A DNA stretch of 40,834 nt, taken from assembly GCA_038223395.1 (NCBI GenBank), contig JBBRGZ010000003.1, forward strand, positions 1 to 40,834. Reading direction: 5' to 3'. Shown piece by piece: positions 18,237 through 28,210 of this stretch. The stretch comes from Chitinophagales bacterium. Lineage in GTDB: Bacteria; Bacteroidota; Bacteroidia; Chitinophagales; BACL12. Within the stretch, counting starts at the first letter, position 1; every line of letters begins with the position of its first letter. The notes under the pieces are model-generated. The model saw nothing but the letters and a program-made list of their open reading frames with translations. It did not search any database and was not told the origin of the DNA. A program made the position numbers and the translations under genes.

Positions 18237-20141
18237 ATGCGGAAATTAAGTTGTATTATTATTTATTTGTGTTTGACGGTAAACTTTTTGTTGTCGCAAA
18301 CACCGAATATTGACAGTTTAAAACAAATTGTATCAATACATGCAAAAGATACTAACACTGTTGTTGCATTGCGCATGTTATGCGGCGTATTTTTAAATAG
18401 TGACCAAGCCCAAGCAATTGAATATGGAAAACAGGGAGTTGCTATTGGCAAACAAATTAAATGGAATAAAGGAATTGCGGGATGTTATTTGAATATCTCA
18501 GTCGCTTTTACATTTAGCTCAAAATTTGACTCAGCATTAGTTTATCAAGACTCAGCACTTATCTATGCATATCTTGAAAAAGAACCTAAACGCCTTGCAC
18601 TTATTTATTTAAATAGAGGTGATATTTATCTTCAATTAAACATTTTTGATAAGGCAGTTATATATTGCGATTCGTCTTCTCGATATGCTGAAATTGCCAA
18701 GAGTGAAGACAGGCAAGCGCGTATATTGCAAACTATTGGATCCATTTATTTTAAGCAGGAAGTATTGGATAAAGCAATAGAATACTATGATAAATCGCTT
18801 GTGCTATATAAAAAAATAAATAATATGGCAATGGCTTCCATTGTAATTAATAATCTTGCCAATATTTATAAAAGACAAAAATTGTATGATAAAGCAATAG
18901 AAAATTTCAACATAGCAATTCAAATTGGTGATAGTATTAATGACCTCAATAATATGGCAATGTATTATGGCAATATGGGTGAAGTATATTTTGAAATGCA
19001 AAATTATTTTGAATCTGAAAAAAATTATAACAAGGCTATACAATTTGCGCTTGCACAATCTGATAGTTCAGATATTTCGATGACATATACACAATTAGCA
19101 GAGCTCTATTTAACCAAAAATGATGCAGTTGCGTCAATTAACATGTCATTGCAGGCGTATGATATTGCGCACAGAAATAATTATATTGAACATGAATTGA
19201 ATGGAAGCGATATTTTGTCCAAAGCCTATTATCAAATCGGTGACTATAAAAATGCCTATCATTTTTTTGCGATTAATAAATCACTTAACGATACGTTAAC
19301 GCGTCAAAAGTTGAGAGCTGATATTGTTTCAATGCAAACACGATTTGATGTTACACAAAAAGATAAAACTATTCAATTATTAAATGAAAATGCACAAATT
19401 CAGCAGCAATTAATAAAGCGAAAGAACACGTTTAATTTTGTAATTATTGCATTATTTATTTTAATCGCAATAATTGCATATACATTATATAATCGCTATA
19501 AATTAAAACAACAACTCAACCAAGTTCAGATGCGCAATATTATTGCGGCTGATTTGCACGATGATATTGGTTCTACCCTAAGCAGTATTCGCATGTATAG
19601 CGATATTGTGCGTATGAAAATTGAGAATGATAATCCTGAAGCCGGTAATTTTTTATCCAAAATGAGCGAAAGTTCTCGCGAAATGATTGATAATATGAGC
19701 GATATTGTGTGGGCTATAAAACCAGCCAACGATGCTTTTGAAAATATTGTAGATCGCATGTACAATTTTGCATCAGAACTCTGTTCGGCTCGCGAAATAA
19801 CTTTCAAGATGCCTCGACCGGAAAATCTCAGTCTTGTTAAAATTGGTATGTTGCAACGCCGTGATATTTATTTAATTTTTAAAGAAGCAATCAATAATGC
19901 GGTAAAATATGCAAACTGAACAATTATAGACGTCAGCTTTTAAATAAATGATAATATTTTAATTTTGCAAATAATGGATAATGGAGTTGGTTTTGACATT
20001 CATAATGCACGTTTTTCAAACGAAGGCGGCAATGGGATTATGAATATGAAAAAAAGAGCGGAAGTATTAAAGGGTAAGTTATTAATAACTTCTGACCAAT
20101 CTCAAGGCACTTTAGTGCAACTTGAAATTCCGATTGATTGA
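18237..20141 (+). pseudogene. TPR-sensor HisKA_3 histidine kinase disrupted by two in-frame stops (ORF ends at 19919)
   Basis: Signal peptide, TPR array, TM helix, H-box IAADLHDDIGSTLSSI and N-box KEAINNAVKY. After TGA (19917-19919) and TAA (19941-19943) the same frame continues with ...IMDNGVGF...GGNGIMNMKKRA...G...GTLVQLEIPID* to 20141. Confidence 0.88.
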
Positions 20142-20251
20142 AAAAAGTGTCAGTTTATTTGTTTATTAGTATTTTCTGTAATTTTATAAAATAATTCGAA
20201 TTAGCTAATCTCCGATATTTGATTTCTTTTTAAACATAATAATACATATCT

Positions 20252-21952
20252 ATGAAAAAATATATTTTACTTTCCGCAATATTGTTTTCAACTTTGGTTT
20301 TTTTCGGACAGATATCTGCAGTTAAAACCTCTATTTATTCTTACGACTTTATTACAAATGTAAATGGCAAATTGTTATTTTTTGCCAATAATGAAATTAA
20401 TCCTAACGATTACGAACTTTGGGGAAGCGATGGTACGGAAGCAGGAACTCAACTTGTTATGGATATTAATCCGGGGCCTGAAGGAAGTGCGCTTGACAAT
20501 TCTCTTTGGGGAGCGCAATATCAAGATCGCAGTCCGGTTGTTTTTAATAACGAAATATATTTCCTTGCTTATGAACCTATGCATGGAGTAGAAATATGGA
20601 AAAGCGATGGGACGACATCGGGTACAGTTATGCTTAAAGATATTTATCCTGGGGTTAATGGATTTTTTACACCTGAATTTAATTATCCCTATTTTACTGA
20701 AATGGGGGGAGAATTATTTTTCGCAGCAAACGATGGTATACATGGTTTTGAATTGTGGAAAACAGATGGCACAGAAGCTGGAACTGAAATGGTAAAAGAT
20801 ATTTCAGCTGATAATGTTTATGGGTCAAATCCTGAGCATTTAATTAATTATAATGGCACATTGGTATTTACTGCACGAGATGATGTTTATGGCTACGAAA
20901 TATTTAAAAGCGATGGCACAAATGCAGGTACTCAAATTATTAAAGATATTGTTACCGGAATAGATGGCTCCATGAACAATGGTTATGCTTCTAGTATTGA
21001 CCCGCAGTTTACTGTTGTTGGTGATAATTTATTTTTTACTGCACGAATAGACGCCGCTTTGCCAGTGAGTTACAAATTATTCAGAACTGATGGAACAAAT
21101 GCCGGAACAATTGCACTTAATACCACACTGAAAGATATCGCAGGGTTTTCAGACCTAGGCGGCAATTGCTATTTCTATGCTTTTGATGGCGATTATGAGC
21201 ATTCTGGTTTTTGGAAAAGTGATGGCTCTGTTGCAGGTACAGAATTAATTAATACAAATAACGAATTGAAAGCATTATTTAATTATACATCCGTATTTAG
21301 TAAAAATGGATCTTTATATTTTTACGGAACACAAGATGGGTATACAAAATATGGTTTATTCAAAAGTGATGGAACAACCGCCGGAACAAAAATGATTTAC
21401 CAATTGGAAGGCTTAGGTTCTGCACCCGAAGTGGCAAATTTTAATAGTGTAGATGGAAATAATATATTTTTTTGCAGAGCCCTTTTAAAAGTTTCAGATT
21501 TTGCAATGTCATATCGCGAAATGCAAAGTAATGGAACAACTGAAACTACAATAATTCATGGTGGCGCTGTTCCAAATAGATCGTCTGCGTTTTTGGAAGA
21601 CAATTTATACTTTTTAGGTATGGATACAACTGCCGAAGAAAACAGGGGTTTATTTAAACTTGAGCCAACTGAAATTCCAGAGGCAATTTCCGATATTGAT
21701 TTGCAGCATCTGCATTTAAATATATTTCCTAATCCAACTTCAAATTCGATTTATTTAGAAATTCCGGATATTATTAATAATGCAATTATTGAAATTTATA
21801 ACACACTTGGTGAAAAGGTTTTTTCAACTACAATATTATCTAGTTCAAAACAAAACTTGAATTTAACTCAATTGGATAATGGCCTTTATTTTGTTAGCTT
21901 ATTTTCCGACCAAAAAGTATTTTCAGGAAGTTTTACTATGGTACATGAATAG
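20252..21952 (+). CDS. ELWxxDGT-repeat protein with a T9SS type A C-terminal domain
   Basis: Repeats ELWGSDGT, EIWKSDGT, ELWKTDGT, EIFKSDGT and others. C-terminal IFPNP...IYNTLG...L..GLYFV. Confidence 0.93.
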   Translation: MKKYILLSAILFSTLVFFGQISAVKTSIYSYDFITNVNGKLLFFANNEINPNDYELWGSDGTEAGTQLVMDINPGPEGSALDNSLWGAQYQDRSPVVFNNEIYFLAYEPMHGVEIWKSDGTTSGTVMLKDIYPGVNGFFTPEFNYPYFTEMGGELFFAANDGIHGFELWKTDGTEAGTEMVKDISADNVYGSNPEHLINYNGTLVFTARDDVYGYEIFKSDGTNAGTQIIKDIVTGIDGSMNNGYASSIDPQFTVVGDNLFFTARIDAALPVSYKLFRTDGTNAGTIALNTTLKDIAGFSDLGGNCYFYAFDGDYEHSGFWKSDGSVAGTELINTNNELKALFNYTSVFSKNGSLYFYGTQDGYTKYGLFKSDGTTAGTKMIYQLEGLGSAPEVANFNSVDGNNIFFCRALLKVSDFAMSYREMQSNGTTETTIIHGGAVPNRSSAFLEDNLYFLGMDTTAEENRGLFKLEPTEIPEAISDIDLQHLHLNIFPNPTSNSIYLEIPDIINNAIIEIYNTLGEKVFSTTILSSSKQNLNLTQLDNGLYFVSLFSDQKVFSGSFTMVHE

Positions 21953-22020
21953 GGTGATATAAGACTATATATCATATTTATAATTACGCTACATTTGTGA
22001 ATAATCTACACGTTGCAATC

Positions 22021-25000
22021 ATGTTACACCCTGGCAATAGGCCATATAAAACAACACCCTTGTGCAGGAATTTTTTTGCTTCAATTTTTATTTTAATATT
22101 TCTTGTTCAATCGGCTAATACCCAAAACTTTGTACTTGAAGAATTCGGCACAAAACAAGGTTTAGCGAGTGCTGAAATTTATACATTATTTCAAGACAAT
22201 ATTGGATATTTATGGTTGGGAACACGTATTGGTGTGAGTAGATTTGATGGAAATCAATTCACAAATTATAATGGTTCTAAACAAATTAGGTTCGGAAAGG
22301 TTTTTGGAATAACACAGGATTCAGAAAATGATATTTGGATTGGCGCTGAAAATGGATTATTTTACTATCATGCTGACTCAATTACTCAAGTTCCCCTAAA
22401 TAAAGATTTTCCTGATCCATGGATTTATACTGTATATTTTGCCAAAGATTTGTCATTGTGGATTGGGACTTCAAGCGGGCCGGTTAAGATTGATGAGGCC
22501 CAATTAGAAACATTAAAATCCGGCAGCTCTTTAAAGTATAATCTTTACAGTAATTGGAAGAATTATTCTTTTGATAATAACCAAGTATGTAAAATTAAAG
22601 AAGATGAAAAGGGGAATGTATTTTTCGGCACGCGCAGCGCATTATTGAAACTTAAAAGCGGTATATTTTCTGAAGTTTGGAAAATAAAGGATTTAAATCT
22701 TGTAGATGTTTCTGACTTTGAAATTGCCGACGACGATACAATATTCATAACAACGCGATTAGGTAGTTTTTATAGAGTTTCGCCAAATTCAAACGATTCA
22801 ATTTCTGAATTACCCTTTTCAGGAGGTATAGAATATGTTTCCGATAGTAATTATTTGGTGTTATCAATTGAGAAATTATATACACTCAATAATGGCAAGC
22901 AAAAAATGGTTTATGATTTTTCTGCTTATGGATACGATTACTTATCCTGTTTATTGATTGATAATGAAAATAATATCTGGGTAAGTTCGTGGGAGGGATT
23001 GATTAAACTGCGCTCAAATATATTCACTACTTGGTTACCGGAAAAAACGGAAAATCTAAATGATATTTTTTCAATAATTCAAGCACCTGACGGGAAAATG
23101 CTCCTTGGTGGAAATAAAGGCAATATCATTACTCCAACAACAAATGGTTTTTCGAAATATTTGCCCAACAATATTAAACCATGGAAAAATGCGGAGGTAT
23201 TCGGCATGTATTTTAATACCGATGGCGCACTTTGGTTGGGTTCCGGGTATGAAGGTATCAGTATGTTTAAAAACAATGTGATGACAACCTTTGACGAAAA
23301 TACATTAGGTGATAGTCACGGTCAAGATTTTTATCGCGATAATAATGGGAAACTCTTTTGTATGGCTGAAGGTAAGCTTTGCGAAATATTAAATCCTGAA
23401 GATAATAATCGCATTGAATTTAAAGATTATAAATGGCATGTATATGTGGGAGGTAAATATTTAAAACTTTTTGACCATGTAGTGATGCCAAATAATGATA
23501 CATACTTCGCAACAAACTTTGGACTAGTTTATTTTGATGGTGATACATTAATAAAAGTGGAAGTTAACGACATTGATTTATCAACAGCAATAATTACCTC
23601 TTTAATTTCTAATATTGATAATACACTTTGGGTTGCTACCGGAAATTTTGGGATTTACCATATTAAAATAAATAGAGGTTCTGCCACTATATTGCAGCAT
23701 ATAGATAGAGAAAGCGGTCTTTTAAGTGATGCAGTTTTGGACTTGTTGAAAGATAATACCAATAAAATTTGGGTTGCGCATTATAATGGAATAAGTATCC
23801 TCCAAGAATCAAATGCTTGGGAAATAATAAAACGATTAGATGAGTCGGATGGCTTTTTACCTTATGATTTTACATATATTAAATTGGCACAGGATAGAAT
23901 AACGGGAGCTATTTGGTTGGCAACTACAAGTGGAGTTCAAAAATTTGATCCAACTCTGGTGCCATTTAATAAGACATATGCGAGTGCTGTATTAACGCAT
24001 GTTTTGTTATTTAATAGTGCTGTATCAATGTCAAAATATGCTTTAAAAAAAAATAATATAAACGGCATTTATTTCTCTCCCAATTTGCCTTATAATATGA
24101 ATAGCATTACTTTTAAATTTCAGTCTGTTTCTTTAACAGAGCCAACAAAAAATAGGTGCCGATATCGATTAATGGGTTTCGATTCAACTTGGGTGTATAC
24201 AAATGCGATAGATGAAGTAACTTTTGCATCTCTTGCTCCAGGAAATTATATTTTTGAATTACAGGCAGCTAATAATGATGGTATATGGAGTAAAAAAACT
24301 GAAACTTATCCATTGCACATTAATGCGCCTTTTTGGGAATCATGGTGGTTTATTCTTTTAACTATTTCTTGCATTTCAAGCATGATTTATTTAGCATATA
24401 AATACAGAATAAATCAACTTGTTAAAATTAATACTATTCGCAATAAAATTGCCGGCGATTTGCACGATGATATTGGGTCAACATTAAGCAGTATTAGAAT
24501 GTACAGCGATATCGTAAGCTCTCAGCTCAAGGAAAACAATCCGGAATCAATTCCCTTATTAAAAAAGATGAGCGATAACTCAGAAGAAATGATTGAAAAC
24601 ATGAGTGATATCGTATGGGCAATAAAACCTGCAAACGATGCATTTAAAAATATAGAAAGCAGAATGTTCAATTTTGCCACCGAACTGTGTCGTGCAAAAA
24701 ATATTCAGCTGTATATGCAAAGAAATGAAGCTCTAGAAGGTATAAAAATTCCAATGCAACAGCGCCGAGACCTATACCTTATTTTTAAGGAAGCTATTAA
24801 TAATGCTGTAAAATATTCCCATTGTTCGGAGCTCAAAGTGCATTTTTCAAAATCAAGCAACCTATTTATGATGTCTATTATAGATAATGGAAAAGGATTT
24901 AATCCTGCCGATTCTAAGACCGGCAATGGATTGGAAAATATGAAAAAACGCGCCTCTGAACACAAAGGGAAATTGGAAATTATCACTTCTTTGGGTAATG

Positions 25001-25035
25001 GAACACGACTGATGCTTTCTATGCCGGTGGGATAA
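22021..25035 (+). CDS. Sensor histidine kinase: periplasmic beta-propellers, Y_Y_Y domain, HisKA_3 and HATPase_c (intact)
   Basis: GL....I..L.QD..GYLW.GT..G..RFDG propeller repeats, YRL.G.D..W...F..L.PG.Y.F...A.N.DG.W, PFW..WWF TM, DLHDDIG, DNGKGF and GNGLENM motifs. The GTG at 21997 overlaps a TACATTTG promoter box (21990-21997), so ATG 22021 is preferred. Confidence 0.92.
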   Translation: MLHPGNRPYKTTPLCRNFFASIFILIFLVQSANTQNFVLEEFGTKQGLASAEIYTLFQDNIGYLWLGTRIGVSRFDGNQFTNYNGSKQIRFGKVFGITQDSENDIWIGAENGLFYYHADSITQVPLNKDFPDPWIYTVYFAKDLSLWIGTSSGPVKIDEAQLETLKSGSSLKYNLYSNWKNYSFDNNQVCKIKEDEKGNVFFGTRSALLKLKSGIFSEVWKIKDLNLVDVSDFEIADDDTIFITTRLGSFYRVSPNSNDSISELPFSGGIEYVSDSNYLVLSIEKLYTLNNGKQKMVYDFSAYGYDYLSCLLIDNENNIWVSSWEGLIKLRSNIFTTWLPEKTENLNDIFSIIQAPDGKMLLGGNKGNIITPTTNGFSKYLPNNIKPWKNAEVFGMYFNTDGALWLGSGYEGISMFKNNVMTTFDENTLGDSHGQDFYRDNNGKLFCMAEGKLCEILNPEDNNRIEFKDYKWHVYVGGKYLKLFDHVVMPNNDTYFATNFGLVYFDGDTLIKVEVNDIDLSTAIITSLISNIDNTLWVATGNFGIYHIKINRGSATILQHIDRESGLLSDAVLDLLKDNTNKIWVAHYNGISILQESNAWEIIKRLDESDGFLPYDFTYIKLAQDRITGAIWLATTSGVQKFDPTLVPFNKTYASAVLTHVLLFNSAVSMSKYALKKNNINGIYFSPNLPYNMNSITFKFQSVSLTEPTKNRCRYRLMGFDSTWVYTNAIDEVTFASLAPGNYIFELQAANNDGIWSKKTETYPLHINAPFWESWWFILLTISCISSMIYLAYKYRINQLVKINTIRNKIAGDLHDDIGSTLSSIRMYSDIVSSQLKENNPESIPLLKKMSDNSEEMIENMSDIVWAIKPANDAFKNIESRMFNFATELCRAKNIQLYMQRNEALEGIKIPMQQRRDLYLIFKEAINNAVKYSHCSELKVHFSKSSNLFMMSIIDNGKGFNPADSKTGNGLENMKKRASEHKGKLEIITSLGNGTRLMLSMPVG

Positions 25036-25120
25036 TCTTGCCCATTGAGATAAGTTTGTGTAAAAATTTCCTAATTAAATATACATTATCTTTGGAATTA
25101 TTGATTTAAAAACTATTGAA

Positions 25121-27051
25121 TTGAAGAAGAATGTAGCTTTACTCTTTTTAATTTTTTTTGAGTTCATTATGCTTGGTGAAAAATTACAAGCACAACTCAA
25201 TAGCGATTCTCTTATTAATCTCATCAATACATCAACAAATACCAATATTTTAATTGATGCTTATAACGATTACGGCGCACAATTATATCGTTCCAAGACT
25301 GATTCTGCTATTTATTATGCACTAAAAGCTTTAAATCTTGCCGAAGAAGAAGGCAATAACAGTGAAATCTTTGCCTCATATAACTTGTTGGGGCTTTCAT
25401 ATCAAACCAAAGGCGTATTTAACTTGTCGCTCGAATATTTTAATAAAGCATTAAAATATGAACCGAATGCAATTTTAAATAAAGCAAAAACCTATCATAA
25501 TATAGCCCTTACATATTTAATGATAGGCGACAATACAAATGCATTAAAAAGTGAAATGCAAGCAATTGAAATTTCTGAAAAGTCAAAGGATCCTGTTCTT
25601 ATAGGTGTTATTTACCAAAGTATGTGTAATATTTACCGCAACATGCATGAATATGATCAGGCAGAAAAATATATTATAAAATCAATTGACATTCTTGAAA
25701 AAATTCCCGACGGTAGTATTGATAACAAATTATCTATGCTTGCAAATGCGTACGGTATTTATGGAAATTTATTGCTTGCAGATAATCATGTAGAAGAAGC
25801 AATAGAAAAACATAAAATAGGACTGCAAATGCATAGTTCTTCCGGAGACCTTTTTAATAAGGCTATTATTATGGAAAATTTAGGAGATGATTATAAGAGA
25901 TTAAAAAAGTATTCTGAATCATTAAACTATTATAATTCTGCAAAGGATATTATGCAACAATTGGACTCTGAAACTGATGTAGGATATGAGTTGATGAATA
26001 TTGCAGATATATATAAAGAAACCGGTAAATATAGCGAGGCGCTCAATAATCTGGATTCGGCATTACACATTTTTGAAAGAACCGGCGCAGATTCATATAG
26101 ATCAGATGTATACTTTAATAAATATCTTGTTTTTGAATTAATTGATAATCCCTCTGCTGCACTTTTGTATATAAAAAATTTAATTATTTAAAAGACAGCT
26201 TAAATACCGAAACCCAAAAAAGTGACGTTTTGCGACTTAAAGAGCAATTTGAGGTAGCACAAAAGGAACAGCAAATTATACTATTGGAAACTGAAAATGC
26301 GCTTAAAGAAAAACAAAAACAAACCCAAATAGTACTTAGAAACATTGCTTTTGTTTTAATTGTTGTCGTAATTATGCTTGGATTTTTAATATTTAATCGC
26401 ATTCGCATAAAACAGCAAATAAAGCAATTAGAAATACGTAATTCAATTGCTTCTGACTTGCACGACGATATTGGTTCTACACTGAGCAGTATAAAAATGT
26501 ATAGCGATATTGTAACTGGACAAATTAAAAACAATAATCCTGAGTCTATTCCTTTATTACACCAAATGAGCAATAACTCAAAGGAAATGATTGAAAATAT
26601 GAGCGATATTGTATGGGCAATAAAACCTGCAAACGATGCATTTAAAAATATAGAAAGCAGAATGTTCAATTTTGCTACTGAATTGTGCATTGCCGCAGGT
26701 ATTGAGCTCGTTTTTCACCGCAATAACAATCTTGAAGATTTGAAAATTCCTATGGATCAAAGAAGAGACTTGTATTTGGTATTTAAAGAAGGCGTAATTA
26801 ATGCAATTAAATATTCGGATTGCAATAAACTCGAAATTTCTTTTCTCAAAACGGGTTCTTGGTTTACGATGCAAATTAGTGATAATGGAAAAGGATTTAA
26901 TGCAGAGGAATTACTTGAAAATGATAATCTATTAGGAGGAAATGGGCTAAAAAACATGAAACAACGTGCAATTAGCAACAATGGAACTCTTAAAATTGAG
27001 ACTGAGCTTGGTTTCGGGTCGAAATTGGTGTTTAAAATGCCTATCCCCTAA
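25121..27051 (+). pseudogene. TPR-sensor HisKA_3 histidine kinase split by a frameshift near 26170-26180
   Basis: ORF 25121-26191 contains a signal peptide and TPRs. The -1 frame is open from before 26170 (YKKFNYLKDSLNTETQK...) through the TM helix, DLHDDIG, DNGKGF and GGNGLKNM to 27051. A TATCTTTG box lies at 25087-25094. Confidence 0.85.
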
Positions 27052-27059
27052 TTGTGGTA
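27044..27059. promoter_or_regulatory. Candidate NarL-type 7-2-7 operator upstream of the response regulator
   Basis: TCCCCTA-AT-TGTGGTA is near-identical to 28146-28161. It lies 22 nt upstream of the TATCTTTG -7 box (27082-27089). Confidence 0.6.
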
Positions 27060-27104
27060 TTTTATGCTTATAAAAGCGGATTATCTTTGTATTAATTAGA
27101 AATT

Positions 27105-27746
27105 ATGAGTGAAATAAAAGTTGCAATTTTTGAAGATAATAAACATCTGAGAGAAAGTTTATATTACCTGATAAATGGAACTGAAGGGTTTAATTGTATT
27201 GGGGTTTATCCCGACTGCAACGATATTTTGTTTCAACTCCGAAATAATAAACCCGACGTGGTTTTAATGGATATCGAAATGCCCGGAATGAGCGGCATTG
27301 ATGGAGTAAAGCTTATTAGAAAAAACTATCCGGATATACATGTTTTAATGCAAACCGTTTTTCACGACGACGAAAATATTTTTAATGCAATTTGTGCAGG
27401 TGCTTCCGGATATATTTTAAAATCTACCTCACCTGCAAATTATGTTGAAGCGATTCGCGATGTGAATAATGGCGGGTCACCAATGACAGGTTCAATTGCA
27501 CGAAGGGTACTTGAATTATTTCAAAAAAATATCTCTCAAACCGAACGCACAGATTATCAATTAACTCCAAAGGAAAAAGAAATTTTGCAGCAATTAGTGC
27601 AGGGAAAAAGTTTTAAAATGGTTGCTGATGTTTTAAACATTTCATACGAAACTGTGCGCACGCACATGAAAAATATTTACAATAAATTGCATGTAAACTC
27701 TAATACTGAAGCGGTAAGTAAAGCTATCCGCGAAAAAATAGTATAA
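27105..27746 (+). CDS. NarL/FixJ family response regulator (REC + LuxR HTH)
   Basis: FEDN, PDVVLMDIEMPGMSG, GASGYILK and LT.KE.EIL..L..G.S.K..A..L.IS..TV.TH..NIY.KL.V motifs. Confidence 0.96.
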   Translation: MSEIKVAIFEDNKHLRESLYYLINGTEGFNCIGVYPDCNDILFQLRNNKPDVVLMDIEMPGMSGIDGVKLIRKNYPDIHVLMQTVFHDDENIFNAICAGASGYILKSTSPANYVEAIRDVNNGGSPMTGSIARRVLELFQKNISQTERTDYQLTPKEKEILQQLVQGKSFKMVADVLNISYETVRTHMKNIYNKLHVNSNTEAVSKAIREKIV

Positions 27747-28145
27747 AAAAGAGATTGGTTTTATAATAAATCCAAGTTCTTGCCTAATTCCTAAAAACCT
27801 GTTTTAATCTCAAAATTTATTATCTATCAGATGTTGTCTTTCTGAATTTCTTATTTTTTGCGTTTAAAGCAATAATTCCGCCAATTACAAATCCGCTGAT
27901 AATGGTCATCCATACACTTTTTCTCATCCTTGTAAATTTTAATAATTATAAAATATAATTATAACTATTAAATAGAAATTATTATGCCAAAGTTAAAACG
28001 TTTCATTTTGTTGGCATTGTATTTAACTGGTGTAAAATATTGAGTCTCCAATTAAACACGAATCGTCTTTTTATGAGGAATTTATACCCAAACACTAAAG
28101 TTATTTATACAATTATGTCTTACCAATTTTATTATTTAAATCATC

Positions 28146-28161
28146 TACCCCAATTGTGGTA
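28146..28161. promoter_or_regulatory. Candidate NarL-type 7-2-7 operator upstream of the fibre/M23 operon
   Basis: TACCCCA-AT-TGTGGTA is a near-perfect palindrome 23 nt upstream of a degenerate -7 box GATTTTTG (28185-28192). Confidence 0.62.
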
Positions 28162-28210
28162 TTTTACAATTTTGCATTAAGTGAGATTTTTGTAATCTAA
28201 ATTATCTAAT

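Noticed and set aside
19917-19919. Selenocysteine or stop-codon readthrough at a TGA aligned to Cys in the paralogues
   Set aside because: A second in-frame stop (TAA, 19941-19943) follows eight codons later, no SECIS-like hairpin is evident, and TGA serves as a normal stop in other genes of the window.
27983-28043. Short ORF MPKLKRFILLALYLTGVKY in the regulator-fibre gap
   Set aside because: It is only 19 codons in very AT-rich DNA, with no independent support. It could be chance or a signal-peptide remnant.
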